Shown here in pieces: positions 59,762 to 64,000 of a stretch of 64,000 nucleotides of DNA (its first letter is position 1; the number at the start of each line of letters is the position of its first letter). The stretch is taken from the IMG/VR virus record IMGVR_UViG_3300044957_000729; one strand, written 5' to 3'. Source of the DNA: a virus. The translations under genes and the position numbers were made by a program. The notes beneath the pieces are model-generated. The model made no database searches. It worked only from the letters and a program-made list of their open reading frames with translations, and was not told where the DNA came from.

Positions 59762-59788
59762 GAAACTTTTGATATATATATCATATAA
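59762..59788 (+). promoter_or_regulatory. GAAAC-N17-TATAA motif enclosing the 14-bp palindrome TGATATATATATCA
   Basis: divergent intergenic region before the topoisomerase. Confidence 0.5.
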
Positions 59789-59811
59789 ATCTAATAGATA
59801 AATATTAATTG

Positions 59812-61602
59812 ATGGAAGAAAAGAATAAGGAAATTAGAGTCCTTTCTGAAAAAGATCATGTTAGACAAAGAAGCCATGTATATGTGGGGTCCGTTATTAA
59901 AACCGAAGAGAAGATTCCTATAATTAAAAATAATGCTATTTACATTGAGCCTAAGGAGATGTCTATAGGAATGTATAAAATTCTTAATGAAATAATAGAT
60001 AATTCATTAGACGAAGCTAAAAGAATGAAGGGGAAAATGGAAAAAATCCAAATATTGGTCGATAGCAAATCCAATAAAGTAAAGGTTACTGATACGGGAA
60101 ATGGATTTTATAAAGGTGCATCGATTAATAAGGATTCTAGTAGATCTAATATAGAAACTGCTGTATCTATGTTAAGATCTGGTTCCAATTTTAATAATGA
60201 AAATATAGAGGAATCGCTTATAGGAAACAATGGGTTAGGATCTGCACTCTGTAACTGCTTATCTGAGGAATTTTCTATAGTTACAGTAAATGACACACAT
60301 TATTATGAACAAAAGTGGGAGGATTTTGTAAGAACTGAACCAATAATTAGAAAAAAAGCTCCAAAAGATAAAATGGGTACTTCTATAGAGTTTAAACCCC
60401 TGAGAAGTTTATTTAAAAATTATAAATGGGATTTAGAAATTTTAAGATCCTCATTAATACTAAAATATAATCTTATAAAAAGAGATCATATTCTTTCCAA
60501 TCTAAATCTAGAGCTTTTGTGGGATGGTGAAAAAATAGATCTTAATTGTAGCTTTTTACCAGAGGATTCTTTTAAGATTAACACTGATATAGGACAGATA
60601 ACCATTTGGGAAAAGTATGAGGGATCTGGATCTATTAGTTTTGTTAATTCCGCTATGTGCACTGGAATACACCAGAAGATAGTAAATGATTTCATAAACT
60701 CTAGGTTGGAAGATACATTAGGGCATCATTTTTATGACGCAATGATTGTTTTGAATCTTCCCCCTAAGTATGTTAAATTTGGAGACCAGAACAAAACTAG
60801 GTTTGTAACAACAAGAGAAGAGATAGAAAATCTTCTTATGAACAAATTCGGATCTAAACTCCAGGAATTTTTCAAAACCGAAATTTTTGAAAGGATCTTA
60901 AAAAAAGTGGAAGAGAGAAAGAATGATGGGTATGTAAAAAAATTAAGAGCAGAAAAAAGGAAGGTTAATTTAAAACATTCACATAAATATTTTCCAGCGC
61001 AGAAATCATTAGCTGAGAATCTTTTTATAGTTGAGGGATTATCTGCGATGGGATCTATACTCCAAAAAAGAAATCCTAAAGAAGACGGGGTATATGCGCT
61101 AAAAGGAAAAATAAAGAACTGTAAGAATATAGGAGATTTATCTGACAATAAGGAGATATTAGAACTAATGCAAATATTAGGTCTTGACCCTACTGCTAGA
61201 AACATAGAGGCCGTGGGATATAAAAGGATTGTTATAGCTACAGATCCGGATCCTGACGGATCTCATATCACATCTCTGCTTATAAATCTTTTCTACAAAT
61301 GGTTTCCTATGATTATAAGATCAAAGAGACTTAGTTTTTTAAAGATCCCTTTAGTTTCTGTTGGGGATTCTAAGAAAAGAAAATACTATTGGGATATGAA
61401 TGAATTCAAAAAAGCAAAACCCAGTGGAAATATTAGGTATCTAAAAGGACTAGGATCTCTATCATTGGATGATTGGGAATGGGTAATGAGCGATAAAACA
61501 CTCATATCAATTGAAGAAAGCGGGGACAGTAAAGAAAAACTAGAAATGGCTTTTGGCGATTCCTCAGAATTAAGAAAAAAATGGCTTTCAAATGTTAAGT
61601 AG
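59812..61602 (+). CDS. type IIA DNA topoisomerase large subunit (GyrB/gp39+60-like)
   Basis: EIIDNSLDE, DTGNG, GNNGLG GHKL motifs; TOPRIM VEGLSA, LKGK, TDPDPDGSHI, YLKGLGS. Confidence 0.93.
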   Translation: MEEKNKEIRVLSEKDHVRQRSHVYVGSVIKTEEKIPIIKNNAIYIEPKEMSIGMYKILNEIIDNSLDEAKRMKGKMEKIQILVDSKSNKVKVTDTGNGFYKGASINKDSSRSNIETAVSMLRSGSNFNNENIEESLIGNNGLGSALCNCLSEEFSIVTVNDTHYYEQKWEDFVRTEPIIRKKAPKDKMGTSIEFKPLRSLFKNYKWDLEILRSSLILKYNLIKRDHILSNLNLELLWDGEKIDLNCSFLPEDSFKINTDIGQITIWEKYEGSGSISFVNSAMCTGIHQKIVNDFINSRLEDTLGHHFYDAMIVLNLPPKYVKFGDQNKTRFVTTREEIENLLMNKFGSKLQEFFKTEIFERILKKVEERKNDGYVKKLRAEKRKVNLKHSHKYFPAQKSLAENLFIVEGLSAMGSILQKRNPKEDGVYALKGKIKNCKNIGDLSDNKEILELMQILGLDPTARNIEAVGYKRIVIATDPDPDGSHITSLLINLFYKWFPMIIRSKRLSFLKIPLVSVGDSKKRKYYWDMNEFKKAKPSGNIRYLKGLGSLSLDDWEWVMSDKTLISIEESGDSKEKLEMAFGDSSELRKKWLSNVK

Positions 61603-61634
61603 AGTTATCTAACAATAAGTAGATATATACAAAG

Positions 61635-62381
61635 ATGATTTTAAGGTTAAAAGATTTTGTTAGTGAGCAAGAAAACGTAGGAGCTAAAACTCCTCAAAGC
61701 TCTCCTTCTACTAGTTCTAGAAAGAACCTAAAGATAAATTGGACTAAGCCAGACCTAGCTAAGGAGATTAATCACTATGATGATAAAGCAAAATTAGAGT
61801 TTTATCAACACAACATAACTATAGGAAACAAGGACATTGGTAAAACATCTCCAAGAGCAACTAAATTTTATAAGTATATTTCAGAGCCTTTTCGGAGCGG
61901 TCACTTTGAAGATATTCCAATAGTTTCTGAAGGGAGCTTTTATGTTAAGAGTATACAGAACTTTATGGTTTATGAATACGACAACATCGTAAACGGAGCA
62001 TACGGAAGAGCATATGGCGATGTACTTATAAAAACAACCGAAGAATTAAAGAAAAGCGGATCTATAAGTTTACCTGCTCCGATCGTAATAAAATTTATAA
62101 ACTTCGGAGAAACTAGAACATCAGAGGAAGAAAGTTATTATCTATTCTCTGGAAACAGAGTCGCTAACTTGGCTCTCCAATATAATATACCTATAAAAGC
62201 ATGGGTGGTTGACCTAATTCCTTCCAGGAGGGATGTTAGACAATTTGCAGATCAATCTGGCGCTTCTGCAAATCCTACTAAATTTAAGAAACTTCTTAGA
62301 AGAGAAACAGGGAAAGAAAACATCGACGACTTAAATGCCAGGGAAAGATTCAAAATCATCCAATCTCTTAAGAATTTTTAA
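61635..62381 (+). CDS. hypothetical protein, possibly ParB/Srx-like, with capsid-targeting-like leader
   Basis: MILRLKDFVSE; LPAPIVI...YYLFSGNRV; GATATATA at 61622. Confidence 0.5.
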   Translation: MILRLKDFVSEQENVGAKTPQSSPSTSSRKNLKINWTKPDLAKEINHYDDKAKLEFYQHNITIGNKDIGKTSPRATKFYKYISEPFRSGHFEDIPIVSEGSFYVKSIQNFMVYEYDNIVNGAYGRAYGDVLIKTTEELKKSGSISLPAPIVIKFINFGETRTSEEESYYLFSGNRVANLALQYNIPIKAWVVDLIPSRRDVRQFADQSGASANPTKFKKLLRRETGKENIDDLNARERFKIIQSLKNF

Positions 62382-62395
62382 TTTAGCTTTATAGT

Positions 62396-63313
62396 ATGAA
62401 ATATAATACTAGAATGGGTTATTGTTGTCTTTGTCTTTCATTAGAAAAAGAAAAAGTCACAACAAACAGAGGAATGGTAAAAAAGACGTTTCTAGAAAAA
62501 GGACTTCCTTACGTCTCTGAACTTGCCGTAAAGAACACAGAAGATCTTATAAGAGTAATAAATTTTAATGCCAAAAGTGGAATTGGAATGTATAGAATGA
62601 GTTCTGATATGTTCCCTTGGATGTCTGAATATGCAATATCTGATCTACCGGACTACGAAATTATAAATCTTAATCTTAAAATAGCTGGAGATATAGCTAG
62701 GGCTATGGACCAGAGACTAAGTTTCCACCCATCCCCCTATTGTGTAATTGCTTCAGAAAATCCTGCTGTTGTTGAAAAATCGATAAAGGAACTCAGACAA
62801 CATGCAGAGATAATGGATCTAATGGGATTAGAAAGAAGTCATCAGTATCCAATAAACATACACATAAACACAACTAAGCCTTCCAAGGAAGATGCTGCTA
62901 AAAGATTTTTAAAATCTTTCGAATTACTTCCTGATGGTGTAAAGAAGAGGTTGGTTGTTGAAAATGACGATAAGAAAAGCCAATTCACTCCTACTGATTT
63001 ATATAATATGATATATAAAGAGTCGGGGATTCCTATAACATATGATTTTTTACATCATAAATGTAATCCAGACGAGATATCTGAAGAAGAAGCTTTAGAT
63101 CTTTGTATATCAACCTGGCCTGAAAATACAATAGCTTTAACTCATTTTTCAGATTCTAGAAAACTTTATGAAGATTCTAGTGCTAAAGAGGTAGCACACT
63201 CCGACTGGATTTGGAGTAAAATAGAAACTTATGATCGAGTTTTCGATATAGAATTAGAGGTCAAGATGAAAGATCTTGCCTTACTAAAATATTTGGAGAA
63301 ATGGAAGGAATAG
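62396..63313 (+). CDS. uvsE: UV damage endonuclease
   Basis: RMGYCC, YRMSSDMFP, RLSFHP, RLVVENDD, ITYDFLHH, AHSD, ELEVKMKD. Confidence 0.93.
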   Translation: MKYNTRMGYCCLCLSLEKEKVTTNRGMVKKTFLEKGLPYVSELAVKNTEDLIRVINFNAKSGIGMYRMSSDMFPWMSEYAISDLPDYEIINLNLKIAGDIARAMDQRLSFHPSPYCVIASENPAVVEKSIKELRQHAEIMDLMGLERSHQYPINIHINTTKPSKEDAAKRFLKSFELLPDGVKKRLVVENDDKKSQFTPTDLYNMIYKESGIPITYDFLHHKCNPDEISEEEALDLCISTWPENTIALTHFSDSRKLYEDSSAKEVAHSDWIWSKIETYDRVFDIELEVKMKDLALLKYLEKWKE

Positions 63314-63516
63314 AAGAAATAGATTTATCTAAATCTAAATGGAGCCCGGAAAATGAGATTTATCTCATGTCTGTCGTGGAAGGTATAAAAGAAAATTACC
63401 CCCAGATAGATCTGGACGAAGAGCTAAAAGAATCTGGTTATCCAATAGATGAATTAACAGATCCTAAAATTATTGTTTCATTTATGAAAAAGCTCAATAA
63501 AAAATATACGGATTAA
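63301..63516 (+). CDS. hypothetical protein
   Basis: 71-aa acidic ORF overlapping the uvsE end. Confidence 0.5.
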   Translation: MEGIEEIDLSKSKWSPENEIYLMSVVEGIKENYPQIDLDEELKESGYPIDELTDPKIIVSFMKKLNKKYTD

Positions 63517-63656
63517 TGCTTATGTTATTGTTATTAAAAAGGATATCTTTTATGGCTCTTGCTTTAGCTAGCGGGTTTTTTATCTATGCTCTTTTATTTC
63601 TGATAGAGTTTTCCAAAATAATTTCTTGTATTTTTTATTCTTTTAAAAAACATTAA
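63516..63656 (+). CDS. small hydrophobic membrane protein (46 aa); not in ORF track
   Basis: TAATG-coupled; [46 protein letters not shown]; ends 2 nt before dnaJ. Confidence 0.35.
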   Translation: MLMLLLLKRISFMALALASGFFIYALLFLIEFSKIISCIFYSFKKH

Positions 63657-63658
63657 AG

Positions 63659-64000
63659 TTGATTAATTACTACGAAATTTTAGGCGTCCAAGAAAATGCC
63701 GGCCAGGAGTCTATAAAGAAAGCTTACCGACAAATGGCTAAGAAATTCCATCCGGATCGAAACAGGGATCAAGGAGCGGAAGAAAGGTTTAAGAAAATTA
63801 CTGAGGCTTATGAAAACATAGGGGATCCTACTAAAAGGAGAGAATATGATAATAAAAGAAATTTTAAAGATCATTTCTTTGGCGGCTTTGAAAATTTTAA
63901 TAGCTGGAATCAAAAAGACCCTTTTGCAAGTCACTATGATCCCGAATTTCATCAAGATCCTAAAGGAGGACACATTAGTATCACACTAAAAGTGACGCTC
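63659..64000 (+). CDS. dnaJ: DnaJ-family co-chaperone, 3'-truncated; not in ORF track
   Basis: NYYEILGV...[17 protein letters not shown]...[13 protein letters not shown]...KRREYD J-domain, then G/F-rich linker. Confidence 0.9.
   Translation, partial: MINYYEILGVQENAGQESIKKAYRQMAKKFHPDRNRDQGAEERFKKITEAYENIGDPTKRREYDNKRNFKDHFFGGFENFNSWNQKDPFASHYDPEFHQDPKGGHISITLKVTL

Noticed and set aside
15-61205. Many short ORFs antisense to or nested in long genes (e.g. 816-1070, 11468-11713, 11898-12275, 42445-42861, 46768-47058, 60732-61205)
   Set aside because: They overlap well-supported genes, show no recognisable motifs and have no promoter-like signal
63680-63973. Minus-strand 97-aa ORF in the track
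   Set aside because: Antisense shadow of the clear DnaJ frame on the plus strand
1-64000. tRNAs, CRISPR arrays, group I introns, diversity-generating retroelement
   Set aside because: Intergenic gaps are short, and no cloverleaf, repeat-spacer array, interrupted nrd gene or reverse transcriptase was recognised by eye; tRNAscan and Infernal were not run

Overview
A 64-kb, AT-rich, gene-dense segment of a large T4-like (jumbo/huge) myophage genome, almost all on the + strand. It contains a virion-structure module (neck, baseplate, very large beta-rich proteins, collagen fibre, gp3-like tail protein; about 1-30.6 kb), a replication/recombination module (RuvC-like resolvase, gp32 SSB, primase, UvsY, UvsW), a block of putative capsid-internal proteins including a MoxR AAA+/VWA/metallopeptidase trio, and nucleotide-metabolism and repair genes (N-terminal half of a family B polymerase, gp56-like dCTPase, nrdB/nrdA, adk, HhH glycosylase, topoisomerase II, UvsE, DnaJ). 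A Bacteroidota host is inferred from Hc1-like and DUF4494-like genes, TAnnTT(T/A)GC motifs and the lack of obvious Shine-Dalgarno sites. Main highlights: (1) UvsW is a fractured gene joined by a naturally split intein, with a free-standing endonuclease between the halves. (2) About a dozen unrelated proteins share a T4 capsid-targeting-like N-terminal leader, and most lie in units starting at a recurring (G/A)ATATATA promoter-like motif, suggesting a packaged and injected enzyme payload. (3) Three distinct promoter-like motif classes are visible. (4) There is a candidate single-chain spanin with reversed topology. (5) Two homing endonucleases are decaying. No tRNA, rRNA or CRISPR array was recognised by eye. 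All family assignments are from motif recognition, not database searches.
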